Origin: Eubacteriales bacterium
GTDB taxonomy: Bacteria; Bacillota; Clostridia; Oscillospirales; QAKW01
Length of the DNA: 62,979 nt
Assembly (NCBI GenBank): GCA_045544995.1
Contig: JAZQAE010000016.1
Location: 1 to 62,979 of the forward strand
Direction of reading: 5' to 3'
In this document: piece after piece, positions 20,733-30,840 of the stretch
Layout of the letters: each line of letters starts with the position of its first letter
How positions within the stretch are numbered: position 1 is the stretch's first letter
The notes under the pieces: model-generated
Databases searched by the model: none
What the model was told of the DNA's origin: nothing
What the model saw: only the letters and a program-made list of their open reading frames with translations
Program-made: the position numbers and the translations under genes

Positions 20733-21284
20733 ATGGCAAACTATGTTGAATTTGAAGAGAAAATGAAGAAAACTTTAGTAGCACTCGGTAACGACTATGC
20801 CGGTCTGCGTGCCGGCCGTGCTAATCCTGCTGTTTTAGATCGTTTGCGTGTGGATTATTACGGTGCCTCCAGCAAGATAAACGAAGTGGCAGCGGTCAGC
20901 GTTCCGGAACCCAGAATGTTGATGATCCAGCCTTGGGACGTGACTCTGGTGAAAGAAATTGAAAAGGCAATTCTTGCCTCCGATATCGGTATCACTCCTT
21001 CCAATGACGGTAAGGTGATCCGTCTCAGCTTCCCCCAGCCTACGGAGGAGCGCCGTAAGGAATTAGCAAAAGAAGCGAAGAAATTGGGTGAGGATGCAAA
21101 GGTTGCAGTCCGTAACGTTCGTCGGGATGCTTTGGATAAATTTAAGAAGCAGGAGAAGGCCAAGGAGATCACCGAAGACGAGATGAAGGGCATTGAGACC
21201 GATGTTCAGAAATTGACTGATAAATATATCGCTGAGATCGACAAAATGGTTGCCGAGAAAGAAAAGGAGATCATGGCTGTCTGA
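20733..21284 (+). CDS. frr: Ribosome recycling factor
   Basis: RAGRANP, PTEERRKEL, KVAVRNVRRDA. Confidence 0.98.
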   Translation: MANYVEFEEKMKKTLVALGNDYAGLRAGRANPAVLDRLRVDYYGASSKINEVAAVSVPEPRMLMIQPWDVTLVKEIEKAILASDIGITPSNDGKVIRLSFPQPTEERRKELAKEAKKLGEDAKVAVRNVRRDALDKFKKQEKAKEITEDEMKGIETDVQKLTDKYIAEIDKMVAEKEKEIMAV

Positions 21285-21302
21285 TCCTGAGGAGAGAGCA
21301 AG

Positions 21303-22043
21303 TTGAGTTTATTTAGAAATAAGACAACCGAAAAGATCGACCCGGAGCGCCTTCCGGCTCATGTCGGCATTATTATGGATGGCAACGGCCGGTGGGCTCA
21401 AAAACGGGGGTTGCCCCGTTATGCAGGTCATGTGGCCGGCGCAAAGGTGTTTAAAACCATTGCCTATTATGCCCGTGATATTGGTTTAAAGAATTTGACG
21501 GTATATGCGTTTTCCACCGAAAACTGGCAGCGTCCGGAAGAAGAAGTTTCCAGGATTATGAAGGTTTTGGAAGAATTTATCGACGATGCATTGAATACCT
21601 TTGAAAAGGAACAGGTCAGAATTCGTTTCTTGGGTGATATGTCTGCCTTTTCCGGCGTATTACTGGAGAAGATGCAGAAGATCATGGAAGCGACTAAGCA
21701 TTTTGAAGGTTTGACTTTAAACGTGGCGATGAATTACGGCGGTCAGCATGAGATCGTTCATGCCGCACGTGAAGCGGTTAAACGGGTGCAGAACGGGGAG
21801 ATGAAACCGGAAGACCTCAGCCCGGAAACGTTTGGGAAGATGCTTTATTTTGAGGACTGTGATACGGTAGACTTGGTAATCCGTCCCAGCGGCGAGAAAC
21901 GGTTGTCTAATTTCTTGCTTTGGCAGTCTGCCTATGCGGAGTTTTGGTACTCCGACATTCTTTGGCCCGATTTCAAGCCATCTGATTTGGATCAGGCAAT
22001 TATTGACTATCAAAAGAGAAACAGGAGGTTTGGCGGAGTATGA
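21303..22043 (+). CDS. uppS: Undecaprenyl diphosphate synthase
   Basis: HVGIIMDGNGRWA, YAFSTENW, IRPSGEKRLSNFLLWQ. Confidence 0.97.
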   Translation: MSLFRNKTTEKIDPERLPAHVGIIMDGNGRWAQKRGLPRYAGHVAGAKVFKTIAYYARDIGLKNLTVYAFSTENWQRPEEEVSRIMKVLEEFIDDALNTFEKEQVRIRFLGDMSAFSGVLLEKMQKIMEATKHFEGLTLNVAMNYGGQHEIVHAAREAVKRVQNGEMKPEDLSPETFGKMLYFEDCDTVDLVIRPSGEKRLSNFLLWQSAYAEFWYSDILWPDFKPSDLDQAIIDYQKRNRRFGGV

Positions 22044-22894
22044 AAGAAAATTTTCTAAAGAGATTATGGACCTCATTGATCATATTGGGGATCTTTATCT
22101 TTTTGTTTGCCATATCCGCCTTCTCTCCGTTTTTTGAGATCGCAATTGCGGCATTGATCTGTATCTGTGTTTGGGAAGCGTTGACCTGTACCGGCTGCGC
22201 CACCAAAAAGAGACTGTTGCTTCCGAGCTTAGCATATGGTGTGGCGGTTCCTCTTTCATTTTTGGTTCAGGATTTCCTTTACCCCCATCGCAGTCCGTAT
22301 TTTGGTGTCATCATCATTTCATTTTTGTATTTGGTCTTTTTGTTTATCGTATTGATGGTGAATTTTGAGCGGACAAAATTCAGCGAAGCCACGGTGGCGA
22401 TGTTTGTCACCTTTGTGATTACTTGTTTTATGAGTAATATCATCCTGATCCGTCGTATCGAGAACCATGGCTTTTTCTTTATGGTTCTCTGCATCGTGTG
22501 TAGCGCATGGTGTACCGATATTTTTGCCTATCTGACCGGTATTCTGATCGGCAAGCATCGTCCGTTCCCCTTGATCAGTCCTAAAAAATCGGTGGAAGGA
22601 TGTATTGGCGGAGCAGTTTTCTCCATTGGAATCTATTTCCTGTTTTGCTACGTTTATCAGAATCTTACCGGTGCCTCCATCAATTGGGCCTTGGTTCTGC
22701 TGTATAGCTTTTCCTGTACGGTGATCGGCCAGATCGGCGATCTTTCTTTCTCTTACATCAAGCGTTCGTACGGAATTAAGGATTTTGGTAAGATCCTTCC
22801 GGGGCATGGGGGGATTTTGGATCGGATGGATAGTTTGATCTTTATCGCCCCCACGTTCTTTGCTTTGATGAATACGCAAAGCTTTATCAGATAA
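22040..22894 (+). CDS. cdsA: Phosphatidate cytidylyltransferase
   Basis: ISPKKSVEG, GDLSFSYIKR, PGHGGILDRMDS. Confidence 0.95.
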   Translation: MKENFLKRLWTSLIILGIFIFLFAISAFSPFFEIAIAALICICVWEALTCTGCATKKRLLLPSLAYGVAVPLSFLVQDFLYPHRSPYFGVIIISFLYLVFLFIVLMVNFERTKFSEATVAMFVTFVITCFMSNIILIRRIENHGFFFMVLCIVCSAWCTDIFAYLTGILIGKHRPFPLISPKKSVEGCIGGAVFSIGIYFLFCYVYQNLTGASINWALVLLYSFSCTVIGQIGDLSFSYIKRSYGIKDFGKILPGHGGILDRMDSLIFIAPTFFALMNTQSFIR

Positions 22895-22912
22895 ATTTCA
22901 TAGGGTGAGTTT

Positions 22913-24064
22913 ATGAAGAAGATATCAATTCTTGGCTCAACGGGATCAATCGGTACCCAGACTTTGCAGGTCTGCAGAGATCTGGGTATTTGTGTAGTTG
23001 CCCTTAGTGCCGGGAGCAATATAGAACTGTTGGAACAGCAGATTCGAGAATTTCAAGTCCCTGTCGCCAGCGTATATGATGCAGAATGTGCGGCGATACT
23101 AAGAAAAAGATTAGAAGATTTTCCGTGTGAGGTTTTTGCCGGCGACGAAGGAAACTGTATTGTGGCCTCTGTGCCGGATGCGGACCTCGTTGTAACGGCT
23201 ATGATGGGGATGATTGGTTTAAAACCCACGTTAGCCGCCATTGAAGCCGGAAAAGACATTGGACTTGCCAATAAGGAGACGCTTGTCTGCGCCGGTCAGA
23301 TCGTCATGCCGGCCGCTCGAAAGAAAGGCGTCTGTATCCTGCCGGTCGATAGTGAACACAGCGCGATCTTTCAATGTCTGCAAGGTGCCGGAAATAATAA
23401 GATCAATAAGATTTTATTAACGGCATCCGGTGGACCTTTCTTTGGGAAAACCAAAGAGGAATTGGAAAAGGTTACCGTGGAAGACGCTTTACGCCATCCA
23501 AACTGGAGTATGGGCTCTAAAATCACTATTGACAGCGCCACCTTAATGAATAAAGGATTGGAGTGGATGGAGGCAAAATGGCTTTTTGATCTCACTGACG
23601 ATCAGATTGAAGTGGTGGTTCATCGTGAAAGCATCGTTCATTCTGCCGTGGAGTTTGCAGACCATTCCGTCATTGCACAAATGGGGGTACCGTCCATGTA
23701 TCTTCCCATCAAATATGCATTGACCTATCCGGAGCGTGTATCCAGCGGAGACTTTGCTCTTTCCTTGTTTGGTAAGACGTTGCACTTTGAAGAAGCGGAT
23801 GACGAGACCTTCTCTTGCTTGAAACTGGCTAAATATTCCAGCCGAAAAGGCGGTCTCTATCCCACGGTTCTTAATGGCGCAAATGAGCAGGCAGTAGCGT
23901 TGTTTCTCCAAGGAAAAATCCGATTTATGGATATTGGCCGTTTGGTGGAATTTGCATTGCAGGAAACGCCGGACGGAGATGCCGAAAAATTAGACGACGT
24001 TCTGGCGGCAGACCGCGCAGCCAGAGAATGTGTCTGTAAACGATTTGAAGAGGGTAAACTTTAA
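22913..24064 (+). CDS. dxr: DXP reductoisomerase
   Basis: LGSTGSIGTQTL, LANKE, PVDSEHSAIFQ, HPNWSMGSKITIDSATLMNKG. Confidence 0.98.
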   Translation: MKKISILGSTGSIGTQTLQVCRDLGICVVALSAGSNIELLEQQIREFQVPVASVYDAECAAILRKRLEDFPCEVFAGDEGNCIVASVPDADLVVTAMMGMIGLKPTLAAIEAGKDIGLANKETLVCAGQIVMPAARKKGVCILPVDSEHSAIFQCLQGAGNNKINKILLTASGGPFFGKTKEELEKVTVEDALRHPNWSMGSKITIDSATLMNKGLEWMEAKWLFDLTDDQIEVVVHRESIVHSAVEFADHSVIAQMGVPSMYLPIKYALTYPERVSSGDFALSLFGKTLHFEEADDETFSCLKLAKYSSRKGGLYPTVLNGANEQAVALFLQGKIRFMDIGRLVEFALQETPDGDAEKLDDVLAADRAARECVCKRFEEGKL

Positions 24065-25095
24065 TGCAAGTTGTTTTTAATATTGTCATCACCGTATTGG
24101 TGTTTGGCATTTTGATCTTATCCCATGAGGCCGGTCATTTCTTTACCGCTGTTTGGGCAAAGATCAAGGTTCATGAGTTTTCCATCGGAATGGGCCCGGC
24201 GCTTTTTAAGCGTGACGGAAAGCTCTGCCGTTTTTCGATCCGTGCCCTTCCTATTGGCGGTTATGTCCAGATGGAAGGGGAGGATGGAGAGAGCGACGAT
24301 GAGAATGCTTTTTCCAAGAAGCCCAAATGGAAACGTTTTTTAGTTCTGGTGATGGGTGCGGCGATGAATATCCTGATGGGATTTCTCTTGATCTGTTGCA
24401 TTAATGCGGCGATTGAAGCCTATCCCACCACGATCGTGGCACAGTTTAATGAGGACGCCGTTTCTTCAGCATCCGGACTTCAGGAAGGGGATCAGATCGT
24501 CGAAATTGACGGTTACAGAATCTTTTCCTATATGGATATTTCCTATGCCTTGTCCAAAGACAGCAAAGCGGAAAACTTTGATTTGACGGTTAAAAGAGAT
24601 GGACAAAAGATTCAGTTAAGTCAGGTTCAGTTCCCCAAAATTGAAGTGGATAATGTTGGATCGTTTTACGATACCGACTTTAAGGTTTACGGCGAGAAAC
24701 GAAGTTTTCTCTCAGTGTTTAAATATTCGTTTGGCTATACCGTATCGGTGTCAAGATCCATTTACTCATTTATCGGCTCCATCTTTACGATGGATGCGGA
24801 TTACAGCCAGGTCAGCGGCCCCGTCGGTACTGCTTCTGCCATTGGGGAGAGTGCCGCGAATGGGTTGTCCTCGCTCTTGATGGTGGTTGCCTTTATTTCC
24901 ATTAACTTAGGTATCATGAATTTGCTCCCGTTTCCTGCATTGGACGGCGGCAGAATTCTCTTGTTATTGATTGAAGCCATCCGCAGAAAACCTCTGAATC
25001 CCAAGGTGGAGATGGCATTAAATGGCGTGGGTTTGGTATTATTGATGGGATTAATGGTGCTTGTCACCTTTAAGGATATTATCAATCTCTTTTAG
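24064..25095 (+). CDS. rseP: RIP metalloprotease RseP
   Basis: HEAGH, PIGGYV, PDZ domain, NLLPFPALDGG. Confidence 0.95.
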   Translation: MQVVFNIVITVLVFGILILSHEAGHFFTAVWAKIKVHEFSIGMGPALFKRDGKLCRFSIRALPIGGYVQMEGEDGESDDENAFSKKPKWKRFLVLVMGAAMNILMGFLLICCINAAIEAYPTTIVAQFNEDAVSSASGLQEGDQIVEIDGYRIFSYMDISYALSKDSKAENFDLTVKRDGQKIQLSQVQFPKIEVDNVGSFYDTDFKVYGEKRSFLSVFKYSFGYTVSVSRSIYSFIGSIFTMDADYSQVSGPVGTASAIGESAANGLSSLLMVVAFISINLGIMNLLPFPALDGGRILLLLIEAIRRKPLNPKVEMALNGVGLVLLMGLMVLVTFKDIINLF

Positions 25096-25106
25096 GAGGA
25101 ATCGCA

Positions 25107-26165
25107 ATGTCTAAGACGGTTCGGGTCGGCAATTTAACGTTAGGAAACGGCCGTATCTACGTACAATCTATGCTGAATACGGCTGCCGGAGATCATGACG
25201 GCGCAGTAGCGCAGGCAATTGCTTTGGAGAAGGCCGGATGCGAGATCGTTCGTTTGAGCGTACCGAACAAGGAGAGTGTCGAGACGATTCGCCGTCTGAA
25301 AAAGGCGGTTTCCATGCCGATCGTTGCGGATATTCATTATGATTACCGTATGGCGATTGCGTCTGTTGAAGCCGGCGCCGATAAGATTCGTATCAACCCC
25401 GGTAACATCGGCTCGGAAGAAAAGGTAAAAGCCGTAGTCGATGCCTGTAAGGCAAAGAATATCCCCATTCGTATCGGCGTGAACGGCGGTTCCTTAGAAC
25501 GGGAGCTTTTAGAGAAGTATGGTTCTCCGGTGCCGGAGACGATGGTAGAAAGCGCCATGCGCCACGTTCGGATCTTGGAACGGCTGGATTTCCACGATAT
25601 TGTAATTTCAATTAAGAGTTCCGACGTTCGTAAAATGATTGAAGCCTACCGGCTTTTGAGCAAAGTCTGCGACTATCCTCTGCACTTGGGGGTAACGGAA
25701 GCCGGAACCCGTGAAATGGGTATCGTTAAAAATGCGATTGGAATCGGCAGTCTTTTGGCGGACGGAATTGGCTCCACAATTCGTGTCTCCTTGACGGCAG
25801 ACCCCGTAGAAGAAATTTATGCAGGATTTAAAATTTTAAAAGCGCTGGATTTAGTGGAAGGCGCCTGCCAGTTGGTCTCTTGTCCCACCTGTGGCCGTAC
25901 AAAGATTCCCGTGATCGAGATCGCAGAAAAGGTGGAACGCGCTCTTGAAAATAATCATAGCGGCCTTAAAGTGGCTGTCATGGGATGTGCAGTCAACGGA
26001 CCGGGTGAAGCCCGAGAAGCCGACGTGGGAATCGCCGGCGGTAACGGAGAAGGGTTGATCTTCAAAAAAGGTAAAATTGTGAAAAAAGTGCCGGAGCATC
26101 AGCTATTTGATGCATTGATGGCGGAAATAGATGAAATGTCAAGGAATAGGGAAGATGGGAAATAA
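25107..26165 (+). CDS. ispG: HMBPP synthase
   Basis: VQSM, ADIHYD, RINPGNIG, HLGVTEAG, CPTCGR, MGCAVNGPGE. Confidence 0.98.
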   Translation: MSKTVRVGNLTLGNGRIYVQSMLNTAAGDHDGAVAQAIALEKAGCEIVRLSVPNKESVETIRRLKKAVSMPIVADIHYDYRMAIASVEAGADKIRINPGNIGSEEKVKAVVDACKAKNIPIRIGVNGGSLERELLEKYGSPVPETMVESAMRHVRILERLDFHDIVISIKSSDVRKMIEAYRLLSKVCDYPLHLGVTEAGTREMGIVKNAIGIGSLLADGIGSTIRVSLTADPVEEIYAGFKILKALDLVEGACQLVSCPTCGRTKIPVIEIAEKVERALENNHSGLKVAVMGCAVNGPGEAREADVGIAGGNGEGLIFKKGKIVKKVPEHQLFDALMAEIDEMSRNREDGK

Positions 26166-29100
26166 AAACCTACTTAGTTTTTTTAAGCGTTGTATTTTCT
26201 CAGATGAGGAACAGCGAATTCTTGATGGCGCCTATGCTACAAAAGTAGAGGTCAATCAGGAACATAGAATGATAAAGGCACATGCGGAATTTTCGGGCTA
26301 TGTGCCTTTTTCCCATATTCTCAAATTGGAGGAGAAGGTAAAATCCACCTATGAACTCCATACAGTAGAGATTATTCCGACTTATTTGAATACGACAATT
26401 GATACCGCTCATTGGGATGATATCGTCCTTTGTGCCAAGCGTAAAAACGGCGGTGTTAATGGCTTTTTAAATGATTCCACTGCTGAGATTCGAGACGGTG
26501 TATTGACGGTTTCTCTGCGCTATGGCGGATTGGATATTATGAATGCTCTTGGCGTCCAGAATACTTTGGCAGAGATCTTGAGAGAGTGGTATGGCGCTCC
26601 CTGTAAAATTGAGTTTTCCGGTGCCACGCAAGTAGACGATACTAATCGTCAGGAAATCCCGGAACCGGAGATCGTCGAGGCTCCGCCTCTTCCGGAAGTT
26701 CCGGATGCACCGCCTCCGCCCAAGGAGCCGGTAAAGCGTGAATGGCGCCGTCCTCAGGTTGTGACGGAAATGCCGAAAATTCCCTTTAAACCTACGGATA
26801 AAACCATTCTTGGTGACCGCATCGGTAAGAATTTTTATGCGATGAATATGGTCAATCAGGTGGATGGCAGTGTATCTGTTTTAGGAAATATCTTCAAATG
26901 TGACAGTCGTACGACCTGGGATCAAAAGAACATCCGTTTTTCGGTCTACGTAACGGACTATACCAGTTCCATTATCTTGAAATTCATGGTTCCTGCTGAA
27001 AAAGCGGATGAGATCTCCGGCCAGTTAAAACCAGGTAAAGCAGTAGGTGCTACCGGTCAGGCCATGTATGATAAATATGAAGAGGACTACGTTATCAATG
27101 CCAAGTGCATTTTTGAGGCGAAATACGTAATCCGTCAGGATCATGCGGATGAAAAGCGTGTTGAACTGCATCTTCATACCAATATGTCCACCATGGATGC
27201 GGTTAATACGATTGAAGATTATGTCCGTCGTGCAGCATATTGGGGGCATAAGGCAATTGCTATTACTGATCATGGCAATCTGCAGAACTATCCCGGAGCC
27301 CAGGCTGCCGCCAGTGAATGTGGGCTTAAAATGATCTATGGCGTGGAGGGATATTTGGTTGATGATACGGTGCCCGGATTTGATCCGGAGAGCACCTATC
27401 GTCTCAAAAATACACCTCGTTACCATATTATTATCCTTGTCAAAAATAAGGTCGGCTTAAAGCATCTGTATGAATTGATCTCATATTCTAATATCAAGCA
27501 CTTTTACCGTCGTCCCTTGATGTATCGTTCTGAAATTGAGCGATTAAGAGAAGGTTTGGTCATCGGTAGTGCTTGTGAAGCCGGTGAATTGTTCCGCTCC
27601 ATCGTAAATAAAGAACCGGAAGAAAAAATTCGTCAAATTGCCTCTTTTTATGATTATCTTGAAGTCCAGCCGATTGGGAATAACAGTTATATGTTGCGCA
27701 ACGGCATGGCTTCCTCCGAAGAGGAGTTGCAGAATTTCAATAAAAAGGTCATCAGTCTTGGTGAAGACTTAGGAAAGATGGTTGTTGCCACCTGCGACGT
27801 CCATTTTCTGGATCCCAGAGACGAGGTATTCCGCCGTGTTCTGATGGCCGGTAACGGCTTTGAAGATGCAGACAATCAACCTCCGTTGTATTTCCGTACA
27901 ACCGAGGAAATGTTGGCAGAATTCGAGTATCTACCCTTTGAAAAAGCACATGAAATCGTGGTGGAAAATCCCAATAAGATTGCCGATATGGTGGAAGAAC
28001 TTATTCCGATCCCGTTTGGAATGCACGCTCCTGAAATGGAAGGCGCCGAGGAGGAATTGCGTTCCATCGCTTGGCAGACGGCCCACGATATCTATGGCGA
28101 TCCCTTGCCGGAGTTGGTCGAAGCTCGCTTGGAACGGGAATTAAACTCCATCATCGGTAACGGTTATTCCGTTATGTATATGATCTCGCAGAAACTGGTT
28201 AAGAAGTCCAACGAAGCCGGTTATTCTGTTGGTTCCCGTGGCTCGGTCGGTTCCTCCTTTGCCGCATCTATGATCGGCATATCAGAAGTGAATCCTTTGC
28301 CGCCGCATTATATTTGTCCCAATTGTAAGCATAGTGAATTCTTTGAAGACGGTTCTGTCGGTTCCGGATTCGACTTGCCGGATAAGGATTGTCCCAAATG
28401 CGGCAAAGCAATGAAGACCGACGGACACGATATTCCGTTTGAGACCTTCTTGGGCTTTAAGGGCGATAAGGTGCCGGATATTGACCTGAACTTCTCCGGT
28501 GAATATCAGTCCACCGCTCATAAATATGTTGAGGAGCTTTTCGGTGAAGGCTATGTGTTCAAAGCCGGGACCATCGGTACTCTTGCAGACAAAACGGCCT
28601 ATGGATATGTTAAAAAGTATCTGGAAGGCAAGGGGATGAAACTGAATAAGGCGGAAGAACAACGCTGGGTGGATGGCTGTGTGGGTATTAAACGTACCAC
28701 AGGTCAGCATCCTGCAGGAATGGTCGTTATTCCCAAGAAATACAGTGTCTATGATTTCTGTCCCATCCAGCATCCTGCGGACGATCAGGAATCAGACATT
28801 TTGACTACCCACTTCGATTTCCATTCGTTGCATGATACTATTTTGAAACTTGACATTCTCGGTCACGATGTGCCGACGCTTTTGAAGCATCTGGAGGATC
28901 TGACCCCGCTGAAATTTGTGGATATTCCCATGAATGATCCGGAGGTTTACAGTCTTTTGACCAGCCCGAAAGCGTTGGGGGTTACGCCGGAAGAGATTGA
29001 TTGTGAGACCGGTACTTTGGCTTTGCCGGAGATGGGCACTAAATTCGTCCGTCAGATGATGATGGAAGCAAGACCCAAAAACTTCTCAGAACTGTTGCAG

Positions 29101-29910
29101 ATTTCCGGCCTTTCTCACGGTACCGACGTGTGGATCGGAAATGCGCAGGATCTGATCAAAGAGGGAAAATGCGAGATTAAAGACGTTATCGGTACCCGTG
29201 ATAATATCATGGTCTATCTGATTCATAAAGGGTTGGAGCCCAGTATGGCGTTTAAAATCATGGAGATCGTTCGTAAAGGTAAGGCAAAGAAGCAGTTGAC
29301 CGACGAGATGATCGAAGCGATGAAGACCCACGATCTGCCGGATTGGTACCTGGACAGTTGCTTGAAGATCAAGTATATGTTCCCGAAAGCCCATGCGGCG
29401 GCTTATGTTATGGGCGCCATGCGTCTTGGCTATTATAAGATTCATTATCCAAAGGAATTTTATTGCGCCACCTTTACGGTTCGTCCCGAAGGCTTTAATG
29501 CTGTTGACGTTGTGAAAGGCGTAGATCATCTGCGTGGCGTCATCCGCAGTCTTGAAAACCTTGGCAAAGCCAAAACGGCGAAGGACGATGAAACGATCAA
29601 TACATATCAAGTGGTCATTGAGGCGATGTGCCGTGGAATTCGCTTTTTACCGGTTCACCTCTATAAGTCTCAAGCGAAGGATTTCACCATCGAAGAGGAT
29701 GGAATTCGGATGCCGTTCAGCGTATTAAGCGGTGTGGGCGAAAATGCCGCCCATAATATCGTGAAAGCACGGGACGAAGGAGATGTATTCTCTCAGGAAG
29801 AATTCCGTGTGCGTGCCGGTATTTCCACTACGGTATGTGAGCTTTTGAATAAAGAGGGCGTATTCGGAGATATTCCTGTCAGTGCACAGTTGAGTTTGTT
29901 TGATTTTTAA
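26155..29910 (+). CDS. polC: PolC-type DNA polymerase III alpha subunit (no inserted exonuclease domain)
   Basis: NTD, OB fold, PHP (ELHLHT, TDHG, TCDVH), SRGSVGSS, zinc finger CPNC/CPKC, PDIDLNFSG, KIKYMFPKAHAAAYV. Confidence 0.96.
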   Translation: MGNKNLLSFFKRCIFSDEEQRILDGAYATKVEVNQEHRMIKAHAEFSGYVPFSHILKLEEKVKSTYELHTVEIIPTYLNTTIDTAHWDDIVLCAKRKNGGVNGFLNDSTAEIRDGVLTVSLRYGGLDIMNALGVQNTLAEILREWYGAPCKIEFSGATQVDDTNRQEIPEPEIVEAPPLPEVPDAPPPPKEPVKREWRRPQVVTEMPKIPFKPTDKTILGDRIGKNFYAMNMVNQVDGSVSVLGNIFKCDSRTTWDQKNIRFSVYVTDYTSSIILKFMVPAEKADEISGQLKPGKAVGATGQAMYDKYEEDYVINAKCIFEAKYVIRQDHADEKRVELHLHTNMSTMDAVNTIEDYVRRAAYWGHKAIAITDHGNLQNYPGAQAAASECGLKMIYGVEGYLVDDTVPGFDPESTYRLKNTPRYHIIILVKNKVGLKHLYELISYSNIKHFYRRPLMYRSEIERLREGLVIGSACEAGELFRSIVNKEPEEKIRQIASFYDYLEVQPIGNNSYMLRNGMASSEEELQNFNKKVISLGEDLGKMVVATCDVHFLDPRDEVFRRVLMAGNGFEDADNQPPLYFRTTEEMLAEFEYLPFEKAHEIVVENPNKIADMVEELIPIPFGMHAPEMEGAEEELRSIAWQTAHDIYGDPLPELVEARLERELNSIIGNGYSVMYMISQKLVKKSNEAGYSVGSRGSVGSSFAASMIGISEVNPLPPHYICPNCKHSEFFEDGSVGSGFDLPDKDCPKCGKAMKTDGHDIPFETFLGFKGDKVPDIDLNFSGEYQSTAHKYVEELFGEGYVFKAGTIGTLADKTAYGYVKKYLEGKGMKLNKAEEQRWVDGCVGIKRTTGQHPAGMVVIPKKYSVYDFCPIQHPADDQESDILTTHFDFHSLHDTILKLDILGHDVPTLLKHLEDLTPLKFVDIPMNDPEVYSLLTSPKALGVTPEEIDCETGTLALPEMGTKFVRQMMMEARPKNFSELLQISGLSHGTDVWIGNAQDLIKEGKCEIKDVIGTRDNIMVYLIHKGLEPSMAFKIMEIVRKGKAKKQLTDEMIEAMKTHDLPDWYLDSCLKIKYMFPKAHAAAYVMGAMRLGYYKIHYPKEFYCATFTVRPEGFNAVDVVKGVDHLRGVIRSLENLGKAKTAKDDETINTYQVVIEAMCRGIRFLPVHLYKSQAKDFTIEEDGIRMPFSVLSGVGENAAHNIVKARDEGDVFSQEEFRVRAGISTTVCELLNKEGVFGDIPVSAQLSLFDF

Positions 29911-29920
29911 TGAGGTAGAT

Positions 29921-30823
29921 ATGGAGCATTTAAAAGAGTTACTAAAAAAACACCATATTTTCTTTAGTGAAACCAGTACCCTTGCGGAATTGACCACGTT
30001 TAAGGTGGGCGGCCCCGCCCGCATCGTGATCTATCCGGAAAATGCTGCGCAGTGCTCTGCAGTCCTGAAATTGGCTAAAGAGCAGGGAAGAACCTTGGTT
30101 TATCTCGGAAATGGTTCCAATATGTTGGGTTCTGATGCCGGGTGCGAGGAGTGGATCTTAAAAACCGACCGCCTATGTGATCTCACGTTGAATGAAAACG
30201 GCTTAATGAAGGTGGGTGCCGGTGTTAAGAATGTAAAGGCATCTTCCTTTGCAGCCAAAGCCGGATATACCGGTATGGAATTTGCCCATGGTATTCCCGG
30301 TACTTTAGGCGGTGCTGTGTTTATGAATGCCGGTGCTTACGATGGCACCATGGATCAAATCGTCCTCAGAACGCATTATTTAGACGAGAATGGCGAGCTT
30401 TGTATTCTGGAAAAAGATCAGCATGAGTTTGGCTATCGTAAGAGCTTTTTTATGTGCCATCCCGCTTATTTGATCCTTGCTGTGGAATTACAACTCCAAA
30501 AAGGGGATCCTTCGGAAATTTTGGCAAAAATTGAGGATCTCCAGAGCCGTCGCAAGGCAAAGCAACCCTTGGAATATCCCAGCGCCGGAAGTACTTTCAA
30601 ACGGCCGGAGGGCTATTTTGCCGGTAAATTGATTGAGGATGCCGGGTTAAAAGGATATTCTGTCGGCGGTGCACAAGTCAGCGAAAAACACGCCGGATTT
30701 ATTATTAATTACGATCATGCTACCGGTGATGATGTGCGTGCATTGATTGCCCATGTTCAAGAGACCGTTTTTGAAAAATTCGGTGTAAAATTAGAATGTG
30801 AGATCCGTAGTTTGGGAGAATAA
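29921..30823 (+). CDS. murB: UDP-N-acetylenolpyruvoylglucosamine reductase
   Basis: TFKVGGPA, GNGSN, GIPGTLGGAVFMNAGAY, PSAGSTFKRP, SEKHAGFIIN. Confidence 0.97.
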   Translation: MEHLKELLKKHHIFFSETSTLAELTTFKVGGPARIVIYPENAAQCSAVLKLAKEQGRTLVYLGNGSNMLGSDAGCEEWILKTDRLCDLTLNENGLMKVGAGVKNVKASSFAAKAGYTGMEFAHGIPGTLGGAVFMNAGAYDGTMDQIVLRTHYLDENGELCILEKDQHEFGYRKSFFMCHPAYLILAVELQLQKGDPSEILAKIEDLQSRRKAKQPLEYPSAGSTFKRPEGYFAGKLIEDAGLKGYSVGGAQVSEKHAGFIINYDHATGDDVRALIAHVQETVFEKFGVKLECEIRSLGE

Positions 30824-30840
30824 ACAAGGAGGGATAGCAG

